Source of the DNA: Symploca sp. SIO2E6
GTDB taxonomy: Bacteria; Cyanobacteriota; Cyanobacteriia; Cyanobacteriales; Coleofasciculaceae
Direction of reading: 5' to 3'
Length of the DNA stretch: 64,000 bases
Assembly: GCA_010672425.1 (NCBI GenBank)
Contig: JAAHGR010000028.1
Coordinates: 3,260-67,259, forward strand
Within the stretch, counting starts at the first letter, position 1, and each line of letters starts with the position of its first letter. Positions 37,825 to 45,506 of the stretch are shown here, piece by piece. The translations under genes were made by a program, and so were the position numbers. Below the pieces are notes generated by a model that was not told where the DNA came from, ran no database searches, and was given only the letters and a program-made list of their open reading frames with translations.

Positions 37825-38405
37825 GACTTCCTCCCGAAAATGACTAGGATTGTCAGGAGGACAAAGATTGTCACGAGTGCAACACCTGGCTTTGTCCAGA
37901 CAGGATTAACAGGCTCGGTAACCTCAAAAGCTTTGACTTCTTCAAGAAACTGTTTGGCTCCTTTGTGAGATGCTTTGGAGACTTCCCCACTTTCGCCAGA
38001 GAAAGCAAGTAAAGCAGCGCCTACAGCTCCGGTTTTTACCGCTTCAGTCCAGAAGTCTCCATCAATTTTGGGATGTCCGTTGGTTATAGTTATTTTGGTA
38101 AGCGTGTGAGCAGTAAAGAGGGCTAAGGCAATACCCCCGATGGTTGCCGTAGCCAATCCTGGAATTCCCCATCTGGCAAACAACAGCAGACTTTCACCTA
38201 CAGCAGAGAAGCCCAGAAAAGTCACCAGCGCCGAGGATATCATCCGGTGTTGGCTAAAAGCTGCTTCAATTTCTTCTGAGAGCCTTTCGTTATCTAGCTC
38301 TTCGGACGTTTCAGGCGGACGCTCATTCTCATTCCTCACCTGAAATCCTTGAATTAACTCGTTGAAATCGTCCATCGTATCTACCTTTTGAGACTTTTGT
38401 GTCAA
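37821..38405 (-). CDS. Polytopic membrane protein
   Basis: Several hydrophobic helices (ALVTFLGFSAV, IGGIALALFTAHTL, GAVGAALLAF, VALVTIFVLLTILVIF). 4-nt overlap with the next gene. Confidence 0.55.
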   Translation of the reverse strand: MTQKSQKVDTMDDFNELIQGFQVRNENERPPETSEELDNERLSEEIEAAFSQHRMISSALVTFLGFSAVGESLLLFARWGIPGLATATIGGIALALFTAHTLTKITITNGHPKIDGDFWTEAVKTGAVGAALLAFSGESGEVSKASHKGAKQFLEEVKAFEVTEPVNPVWTKPGVALVTIFVLLTILVIFGRKS

Positions 38406-38447
38406 AGCAGCGCTGAATGAGGAAGCGCTGCCTTTTTCATGAGTTGG

Positions 38448-39125
38448 TTAGATACCAAACGTGTCTTTAAAGCCTTTCCAGAGCTTTCCTAGTCCGTAGG
38501 CACTGCCTTTGTAGTTGGGCTTGGGAATTTTGCTTAAGTCAGCTTCTGAGCCTTTAGCCCAGAGCGTTGCAGCAACAGCTTTGTCATATTCGATGTCAGC
38601 TTGCTGTTGTGCCAGTGGGATTTTGTTCTGTTCTCTGGTAAGAGCAGTCTGGTATCTGACCAATGCCATCAAGTCAGCCGTATAGCCGCGAACCTGAATC
38701 AAGCTTGTTTGCCGCAAATGCCTGGAGGTCTCAGCACTTACGTCGTTAGCGTATTTGGATGAAGCCTCGGTTAGCTCGTTAGCAAAGCGTTTTTCTGCCA
38801 ACTGAGAGTCCAGAATGGCTGTCGTGACCAGTTTGCCGGACTTCTGAGTTTGTTTGACCAGCTCTGAGAGAGCTTTATTGAGATCACCGGTGGTTTCAAT
38901 CGTGAGCTTCGCCGCTTGCAGTGCAGGCTCAAGGTTTGTTTGGGTCAGCTCAGAGAGTCTGCCAAGGTCTGAGAGCTTTTTGATAGATTCGTGGTCGCCG
39001 TGACAAGCTTTGAGGAAATCGTGAACACTGATGCCAAACAGATTGTGCATAGCATTAAGTGTTCCAGGTGCAGCAGAGCTGACATGGTTTTTATGCTTGG
39101 CTTTTCCGAAGTTTCTTCGTTTCAT
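38448..39125 (-). CDS. Hypothetical helical protein (225 aa)
   Basis: ORF in the operon. No motif recognised. Confidence 0.5.
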   Translation of the reverse strand: MKRRNFGKAKHKNHVSSAAPGTLNAMHNLFGISVHDFLKACHGDHESIKKLSDLGRLSELTQTNLEPALQAAKLTIETTGDLNKALSELVKQTQKSGKLVTTAILDSQLAEKRFANELTEASSKYANDVSAETSRHLRQTSLIQVRGYTADLMALVRYQTALTREQNKIPLAQQQADIEYDKAVAATLWAKGSEADLSKIPKPNYKGSAYGLGKLWKGFKDTFGI

Positions 39126-39289
39126 TAGTCCTCTTCTTCTTCAATAGGGGCAGTGCTTTCCAGTCCAATGCCTGTACGGGTTATGTACAGGCAGAAGCCA
39201 AAGGCTTCCACCAGGGTTGTGCAACGAGAAAGATGCATGATTTTTACCCCTGGTGGGTCTGGCTTCTGTGGGAAAAATCGAATGAACAT
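39125..39289 (-). CDS. 54-aa protein missed by the ORF track
   Basis: The ATG overlaps the upstream stop (TAATG) and its own stop overlaps the downstream ATG (TAATG). MFIRFFPQKPD...APIEEEED. Confidence 0.45.
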   Translation of the reverse strand: MFIRFFPQKPDPPGVKIMHLSRCTTLVEAFGFCLYITRTGIGLESTAPIEEEED

Positions 39290-39453
39290 TACTGATTTGT
39301 GGTGAGAATGGTTTTGACTGGTGTTGAGGTAGGCTCTGGTAATGGTTCAGGTTTGACAGCGCTTGCTATGAGGTAAGCGGCTGTGCCTGTTGCTACAGCT
39401 AAACTTGTAATTGCTACCACATCAGTGGTGGTGATTGGAGTCTGCTTAACCAT
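39289..39453 (-). CDS. 54-aa single-pass membrane protein
   Basis: AGGAGGG Shine-Dalgarno before the ATG at 39453. TM VVAITSLAVATGTAAYLIASAV. Confidence 0.5.
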   Translation of the reverse strand: MVKQTPITTTDVVAITSLAVATGTAAYLIASAVKPEPLPEPTSTPVKTILTTNQ

Positions 39454-39458
39454 TTGAG

Positions 39459-39677
39459 TTAGCCCTCCTGCTTTTCGACAAGAGTTGACTGCTGCCTTTG
39501 AGCAATAAGCCAAGTACGTGCATCAAGGACGGCTTTAAGCTCTGGACTGCCTTGAGCAAGAGGGACTGTCAGCTCACCTGAAGCTTGGCGGTCAAGGGCT
39601 TCAGCCGCAGCAGCAGCTTGATTAACGGGCACACCAGCTCTTTCAAGTTGAGCTTGGAATCGCTGTTTTCTGTCCAT
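39459..39677 (-). CDS. Hypothetical small protein
   Basis: 72-aa ORF, 1-nt overlap with the upstream gene. Confidence 0.45.
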   Translation of the reverse strand: MDRKQRFQAQLERAGVPVNQAAAAAEALDRQASGELTVPLAQGSPELKAVLDARTWLIAQRQQSTLVEKQEG

Positions 39678-39886
39678 CAGCCGATCCTCCGGTACATAAA
39701 AGAGTTTCGGGCAGAGCCACTGCTGGCTTGCTCAGGAATATCAGCCTCATCCATATCAGCAATGGTTTCCGACCAGCCAGAGGTAGGATTTAAGATGTTT
39801 TGCTGTGCGACAGCACCCAAGCCTGGGTTGGCAGCTTCAAAAGCCTGAACTACTTTTTGTTCTTTAGGTGTAAGTTCTCTTGTCAT
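39677..39886 (-). CDS. Hypothetical small protein
   Basis: 69-aa ORF, 4-nt overlap with the upstream gene. Confidence 0.45.
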   Translation of the reverse strand: MTRELTPKEQKVVQAFEAANPGLGAVAQQNILNPTSGWSETIADMDEADIPEQASSGSARNSFMYRRIG

Positions 39887-40113
39887 GCTTCTGCTCCATT
39901 AGCTTTAACGGGCTGGTCTGTATCTTCAGCAATCCATTCGTCGATAAGCTGCTGACACATACTCCAATCGCGTTCAAGAAGGAGCTTATGGAGCTTTGCT
40001 GTTCGTTCAGCGCAGATTTGTTCCCATTGGCTTAGGACTGGTGGTTGCCAGTTCATTGCTGTCTCGACAAAAGACGGGCGGTCAACTAGCGACCGAATAT
40101 CGGAAATATTCAT
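39883..40113 (-). CDS. Hypothetical small protein
   Basis: 76-aa ORF in the operon. Confidence 0.45.
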   Translation of the reverse strand: MNISDIRSLVDRPSFVETAMNWQPPVLSQWEQICAERTAKLHKLLLERDWSMCQQLIDEWIAEDTDQPVKANGAEA

Positions 40114-40125
40114 CTTTTTGCCTCC

Positions 40126-40848
40126 TTATACAGCCACATCAACTGGAGTGATACCGAGCAGTTCAGCCACACTTTTGTGTCCCTGCTCTTCTTCTGTTAG
40201 AGTCAGCAGATGCGAGGCAATGGATGTGTTTGGAACTGAGAAGTCTGCCTGTTCTGGGTAGCAATACATGGTAAAGCCAGGTTCGTCTTCTGTCCCTTCG
40301 TGACAGACGCCCTCACCCCAGAAATATTCGCCAACTTCCCACTGGAAATGTCCAACAGGAAAGTCGGTGCCCTCCTCAAGACCAGGAGCTGAAGGGAGTG
40401 GACGGTAGTAGCAGGTGTAGTAGATGCTTGGTTGTGGCTGTTCTTCTTCTTCCCAGGCACCTTCTTCAAAAACCAGCACCATTTCAAAGTCGGGATAGCG
40501 CTCTTTGGATTCTTGATACCAGTCACGAAGCTGTTCTTGTGAGAAAATATGCAGGGTTAAATTGCCCTCAATCTCATGTTCTGTATGTGTTAGAACCCAC
40601 TCAAGCACCTCATAGCGCATCTTTGCGGTAAGATGTCCACCTCGTTTGTGAATCTGCTGATAATCGGTATCACAGAATACATCGCAGTGGCTACCAATGC
40701 GAAAGAGTACATCATCCCGCTGTTCAAAGGTGGCGTCTTGCTGGTTAAATTCCCCAACCTGCTTGGCGATATAGTTGGGATTTACGCCTTCGGGTAGAGC
40801 TGCTGGAGGCATGGCTCCAGGCTCCTGGAACGTGGTGTGTTGTATCAT
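40126..40848 (-). CDS. Hypothetical acidic protein (240 aa)
   Basis: ORF in the operon. No motif recognised. Confidence 0.55.
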   Translation of the reverse strand: MIQHTTFQEPGAMPPAALPEGVNPNYIAKQVGEFNQQDATFEQRDDVLFRIGSHCDVFCDTDYQQIHKRGGHLTAKMRYEVLEWVLTHTEHEIEGNLTLHIFSQEQLRDWYQESKERYPDFEMVLVFEEGAWEEEEQPQPSIYYTCYYRPLPSAPGLEEGTDFPVGHFQWEVGEYFWGEGVCHEGTEDEPGFTMYCYPEQADFSVPNTSIASHLLTLTEEEQGHKSVAELLGITPVDVAV

Positions 40849-41023
40849 GAGAAGGTTTCCTCAATTTCATTTGGTGGAATTGGGTGGAAATGAGCGCCAG
40901 CACTGAAACTTTGGACGGTTAGCGGTGCTGGTTCTCTTTTGGGCTGAAAAACTGGGAGTCAGTGTAAAGTTTGTACCTCCGTAATATTCCGTAGATAATG
41001 GAGTAAGATTGGAGTCTGGTGGA

Positions 41024-41347
41024 TCAGGAATTAAGAAGCTGATTAAGCGCATCTTCAGCACTCACCGTTGATGGTGGATCTGTTTGACTATCCTGGGGTA
41101 TTTCCTTGTCTTGCTGGCAATTTTGTCCCGCTTTGTCCAGCTCGGCGTTGGCTAAAACGGGATGAATAGTCCCGAAGTTTCTAGCCTCTGGCCGCAGCCG
41201 TTCCAATGCTGCCAGGATTTGTGTCTGAATGAGGTATCCGATAGCATCAGTGACCGAAACACCGCCTAAGCTGCTCATCAGATCCAACACAGCTTGTTGG
41301 TGCTGTGCTTTGATGGTGGCTCTCATCGGTGATTTTCTATCGCTCAT
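41024..41347 (-). CDS. ParR-like ribbon-helix-helix adaptor candidate
   Basis: Directly follows ParM with an ATGA overlap. N-terminus RATIKAQHQQAVLDLMSSLGGVSVTDAIGYLI has a strand-helix-helix pattern. Confidence 0.4.
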   Translation of the reverse strand: MSDRKSPMRATIKAQHQQAVLDLMSSLGGVSVTDAIGYLIQTQILAALERLRPEARNFGTIHPVLANAELDKAGQNCQQDKEIPQDSQTDPPSTVSAEDALNQLLNS

Positions 41348-42309
41348 GCTGCCATCGCCTTGCGTTTTTGCACTTTGGTTTCGGGAAGGAGACCACGAAC
41401 ATTGGCAAACCTGGGTTCAGGAATGACGGTAAAAAGTGGAGCCACTTCTACTTTGTGTGCAATAAGATGAGATGCCCCACCAGTCACCAAGAACTTTCTG
41501 ACACGGGGAAGGTACGGTTGATACTGATTCCTGACCTCACCAAAAATGCCTTTGAACCAAGGTTCAAGGTGTTCATCAAGCCAGTTTTTCCAACTGGCAT
41601 CTGGATTGTTGGGATAGTGGTGAGAGCAATCAGCAAAACCGTTGGCAATCAGTCCCGCATCTGGTTTATCACCGAGTACTTTTGTCAGGCGTTCATCGAA
41701 TTTGATAGCTGTGGCTAAATCGTAAGCGCCACCCCGTTTGGAAACCGTAGAGTCGATAATCTCTCCCTCTTCATCAATCAGGCGTGAAAGCCACGTACCA
41801 CCACCGATATCAATCACGACGGTAAAGCCAGTTTCAGGAACAAGCCCAAGTGACTTGGCGTACTGGTAAGCAGGATAGCCTTCATGAGCAATATGTACCG
41901 CCTTAATGTGGGCTTTAATAAGGTGTCCGTTTCGCTTGTAGCAGACCGTCCTGATAAGCTGTTGGCGCATGGTATCACCAGCTTTTTCCGGTTCAGGGTG
42001 GGATGTATGAATGGTCAGGGTAAATTCCGGTTCATACTGTTCGATACAAGCCAGCGCGTTTAGGAGTGCTACCTGCTCTTTTTCCTCTTCGACGGTATGG
42101 GACTGCCGACGGTATTTATACGCCTGATAGCCGAAGTGATACCGTTTGCCATCGAATTCAATGAGTGGGCTGGTGTTGCTTGAACTCAACGGAAAACGTC
42201 CGTTTGGGAGTTGGAAACGGACAGAGCGTATGGCTTTTGGCTTGTTACTGCCGTCAAAGTATTTGAGATCGAAATTCCCTTCATCAAGGGCTAGGGTGTA
42301 GTTTTTCAT
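41344..42309 (-). CDS. ParM/StbA-like actin-family segregation ATPase
   Basis: N-terminal LALDEGNFDLKY (phosphate 1) and VVIDIGGGTW (phosphate 2) actin-fold motifs. About 320 aa. Confidence 0.65.
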   Translation of the reverse strand: MKNYTLALDEGNFDLKYFDGSNKPKAIRSVRFQLPNGRFPLSSSNTSPLIEFDGKRYHFGYQAYKYRRQSHTVEEEKEQVALLNALACIEQYEPEFTLTIHTSHPEPEKAGDTMRQQLIRTVCYKRNGHLIKAHIKAVHIAHEGYPAYQYAKSLGLVPETGFTVVIDIGGGTWLSRLIDEEGEIIDSTVSKRGGAYDLATAIKFDERLTKVLGDKPDAGLIANGFADCSHHYPNNPDASWKNWLDEHLEPWFKGIFGEVRNQYQPYLPRVRKFLVTGGASHLIAHKVEVAPLFTVIPEPRFANVRGLLPETKVQKRKAMAA

Positions 42310-42329
42310 GGAACAAAAGAACTAAACGA

Positions 42330-42557
42330 CTAGGGTTTTGTGGGATCAGAAGCACTCTCGCAGTGTCCTGCGCGTGACGGGAAAATGCCACCTTGCTTGA
42401 GTTTTTTGGCTCTAGCGGCTTCTGCTGCGCCATAGACGGTAATGAGATACTTCACCGCGCTACTTCTAGCGGTAAATCCGCACATACGTTGTAAAGATTC
42501 AAGAATTTCCAAGTGCTCATCATCAAGGAAAAATCTTATTTCTTTGCGGCTAATCAT
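42330..42557 (-). CDS. Ribbon-helix-helix (CopG/Arc-like) regulator
   Basis: KEIRFFLDDEHLEILESLQRMCGFTARSSAVKYLI strand-helix-helix pattern. First gene of the operon. Confidence 0.5.
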   Translation of the reverse strand: MISRKEIRFFLDDEHLEILESLQRMCGFTARSSAVKYLITVYGAAEAARAKKLKQGGIFPSRAGHCESASDPTKP

Positions 42558-42843
42558 AGAAATCCCTCCTCACAGCATGAGGATCTGTTCGTTTTGGCAT
42601 AGTGAGAATCTGGTGAAACAGTGGTGGAGACCCTCTCCGCCTTGTCATCACGACGTTATGGGTAACGCTGGATGGCTTTGGGAGGGGGAAAGGTATTGAG
42701 CTGGTGAATCTTTACCTTTGCTTATCAGCATAGCAGGTTTTGCTGTAATGTGCAGCAAAAAATACTAAAATAATTTGATTCATTTCACTGAAGCGCTGCG
42801 CAGCACTGGAATGTTTTGCGCTGTAAGGTGTACATTAGTATGT

Positions 42844-43050
42844 ATGGCACAAGACCGCGCATCCGTAGACCTGAGAAACATCAGACATCGGGTAGAAAAT
42901 GCCCGTAGCGATAAAGCATGGCAACTTCTTCCCTTGTCCAAGAAAATAAGGCTCTTGCTTGAAGAGCGACTTGACCAAATTGAGAAGGAGGCTCAGGACT
43001 TAGAAGAAGACCCCACCGAAAAACCCGAAAAAAAACAATCTGGCAAATAA
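42844..43050 (+). CDS. Hypothetical small protein upstream of rep
   Basis: Internal ATG of ORF 42775..43050. Followed by a terminator-like hairpin. Confidence 0.3.
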   Translation: MAQDRASVDLRNIRHRVENARSDKAWQLLPLSKKIRLLLEERLDQIEKEAQDLEEDPTEKPEKKQSGK

Positions 43051-43072
43051 TTTGCCTGTCCGCACAAAAAAA

Positions 43073-43100
43073 TCCCCTATCCAGCAAGGATGGGGTTTTG
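43073..43100 (+). terminator. Rho-independent terminator candidate
   Basis: cccctatcc agcaa ggatgggg followed by tttt. Confidence 0.45.
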
Positions 43101-43446
43101 TCCGAAACGTAAAACCAGCCTACAGGCAAAAATCCTATAGACTGGTTTTAGATGAGTTTTGACAGACTCATTGTTTTCAATTTAAGGACGCAGGTTTATC
43201 TGGCAGATAACACCAAACGTCATCGTTGACCGAAACGTGCCGAAAGTTTGGCGACAGGAAGCACGTATTCTAGGTCACAAAGCAAGCGCGGGTTTTCCCC
43301 TAGCTTTGTTCCATTCTAACTGAAAAAAGCTTATCACATTCTTTCATCAGAAAGAAGACAGCTTTTTTCCCTTATGAATAGGATTTCGGTGATGTGGTGA
43401 ATCTCTGCCTTAGTGCCCATGTTGCACAAGGAAGTAGAGGTTAATC

Positions 43447-45381
43447 ATGTTTGTCACGCAGCAAGACGCCAGTGACGGTACATCTGGCAAAGCGGCTCAA
43501 AAACGCCGCCGTCGTAGCTTTCTGGAAATATGGAAAGAAACGTTTACCAAAGCCGAGGAAGCCAAGTCTCGCCAGCATTTTGCACATACGGATGATCAGG
43601 CGTTTAATACCCTGCTAAAGTTCCTGGGCGAGAACTTGTTCAATGTAATTGTGCGGGAAAACCTTCAGGGCGCAAACTGGATTACTCAGCACAAGTACCC
43701 TACCCCACCGCGCAATCTGCAAGAAATGTACCACGATAAGAATCTGATTGTGGGGATGCGCTTCAATATCCTGACACAAGTGCTGATTATTGACCTTGAT
43801 CGAGGGTCACTGTACCACCCATACAATGATTTTCCAGAATACCGCCGACTGTTGGGTATTCTGGAGGATATGGGCTTAGTAGGCGTGGAAGTGGTACAAA
43901 GCAGCTTTAGCGAAGGTATTCACCTGTATATTCCACTGCCGAAACCAGTACCAAGCTGGTTAGCAGCCCATGCGTTGTATGTGGTGCTATCAAAAGCCAA
44001 ATTCCGCATTGTCAAAGGGCACTTAGAGATATTCCCCAACCGCAAAGGGTATAGTCCAGATACGATTATCAATTACAACGGGATTCGCTTGCCTTTGCAA
44101 CCAGGCACAGGCAGTTATGTTTTAGACTCGCTGACTTTGGCTCCGGTCCACGGTAATCTGAACCTATTTGTCAAGCATTTGAAACATCATGCGCGGCGGC
44201 AAGACATGGTGGCTTTTCGGCAAGTGATGGAAGGAGCCTATGAAGATTTTGGGGTGAGCAGCAGTGGGTTTGTCAAAGGCAGAAATGGCAGCGCAGCCGA
44301 GTGGCATAATGATTTACTGGTCAGGCTCTCTCAAGGGTGGACAGGAGATGCCCAAACAAATGACTTGGTATTTGAAGCAGTAAAAGAAGCTTATGTGTTT
44401 CAGAAGCTTGACGGGGAAGAGCTGGTGGAGAGAACGGCTGCATATATGCGATCGCTTCCAGGTTATAAGCAGTATTGCGGGCATCAGCACAACCTGGAGC
44501 AGCGAGTGAGAGACTGGCTCAAATCCACCAAGAACCTCGGTTACTATCCGTATACAGGGGAATACCGCCCCCGAAGCAGTTCGCCGCATTATGGTAGCAC
44601 AGTGGCATTAACTTCAGCAGCAGGTCATGAGGATGGGAGGAAGCATAATCCGGCAAATGCAGCGAGGGTAAAAGAATCGCGCAGCAGGCTGGCTCATGTA
44701 GAAAGATTAATCCGCAAAGGAATCCGAGAAAAAAGTATCACGGGGATACCTCAGACAATCAGTGGTGTGATGGACTTCCTGAGCAAAATAGCCAAAGAAG
44801 AATTGGGCACAGGATTCAGCAGAGCTTTTTTACAAAAATACAAAGAGTCAATCGAAAGGTTACGGCGGTTTGCGGAAAGATGTCGGGAAAAAATAGCAAG
44901 GGAAAGAGAAAGAGTAGCTGCAGAAAAACCATCAGTAGAAAGGCCAGAACCAGCACCAGTGGAGGAGTCACTGGCATTTTGTGGAAAAGCCGGAGCAGAT
45001 AAGGGAGCTCAAAGCAGCATGGCAAAAGGGATTACTGGCAATCGGGACAATAATGAAGGTGGAGGGCATCACGAATCCGTTTCTGAAGTGCCCCAATTAT
45101 CTCTCCATGAGCGCATTAACCTCTACCGCTCCTCCAGGACAATTTTGCGGTACACAGGTCGCGTAGCCTCTAATTTGGTTCAAGTACTTTTCTCAAAATC
45201 GACTTCATCAAGATTTCAGTGCAGATCCATTGAACCAGGGGATCTGGTTCAGCTTACTGATGAGGTTCACTCAAGAGAAGACCGAGACGGTATGGTTTGT
45301 GTCAAACTTGTTCAAGAGCCACCAGGAGAACAATGGCTTGGCAGCATTTTTGTTCAAGTTGATAAACTTGTTCCTGTGTGA
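43447..45381 (+). CDS. Putative replication protein with a primase-polymerase (AEP)-like N-terminal domain
   Basis: LIIDLDRG (DxD) and SFSEGIHLYIPL (sGxH) resemble AEP motifs I and II. 644 aa with a basic C-terminal half. Confidence 0.45.
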   Translation: MFVTQQDASDGTSGKAAQKRRRRSFLEIWKETFTKAEEAKSRQHFAHTDDQAFNTLLKFLGENLFNVIVRENLQGANWITQHKYPTPPRNLQEMYHDKNLIVGMRFNILTQVLIIDLDRGSLYHPYNDFPEYRRLLGILEDMGLVGVEVVQSSFSEGIHLYIPLPKPVPSWLAAHALYVVLSKAKFRIVKGHLEIFPNRKGYSPDTIINYNGIRLPLQPGTGSYVLDSLTLAPVHGNLNLFVKHLKHHARRQDMVAFRQVMEGAYEDFGVSSSGFVKGRNGSAAEWHNDLLVRLSQGWTGDAQTNDLVFEAVKEAYVFQKLDGEELVERTAAYMRSLPGYKQYCGHQHNLEQRVRDWLKSTKNLGYYPYTGEYRPRSSSPHYGSTVALTSAAGHEDGRKHNPANAARVKESRSRLAHVERLIRKGIREKSITGIPQTISGVMDFLSKIAKEELGTGFSRAFLQKYKESIERLRRFAERCREKIARERERVAAEKPSVERPEPAPVEESLAFCGKAGADKGAQSSMAKGITGNRDNNEGGGHHESVSEVPQLSLHERINLYRSSRTILRYTGRVASNLVQVLFSKSTSSRFQCRSIEPGDLVQLTDEVHSREDRDGMVCVKLVQEPPGEQWLGSIFVQVDKLVPV

Positions 45382-45506
45382 TTATACGCACTGATTGATA
45401 AGCAAACTTTATCCCCAAAAAAATCCGGCGCAGCGCTAATTGGGTATAAGTAACGCTTATCAATCACCAAGTATCGCTTCAATCCTTTTCCTGAGATTAC
45501 CATCCA

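Noticed and set aside
40867-41061. 64-aa minus-strand ORF between the ParR-like gene and the 240-aa gene
   Set aside because: It overlaps the ParR-like gene end in another frame, and its product is odd and Pro/Ser/Thr-rich. The 175-bp gap may instead hold a promoter or binding site.
43323-43368. A-run/T-run flanked hairpin upstream of the AEP-like rep gene as a bidirectional terminator
   Set aside because: The stems are short and AT-rich (aaaaaagc/gctttttt, ttcttt/aaagaa), so it is too weak to call. It may still be part of a rep leader or control region.
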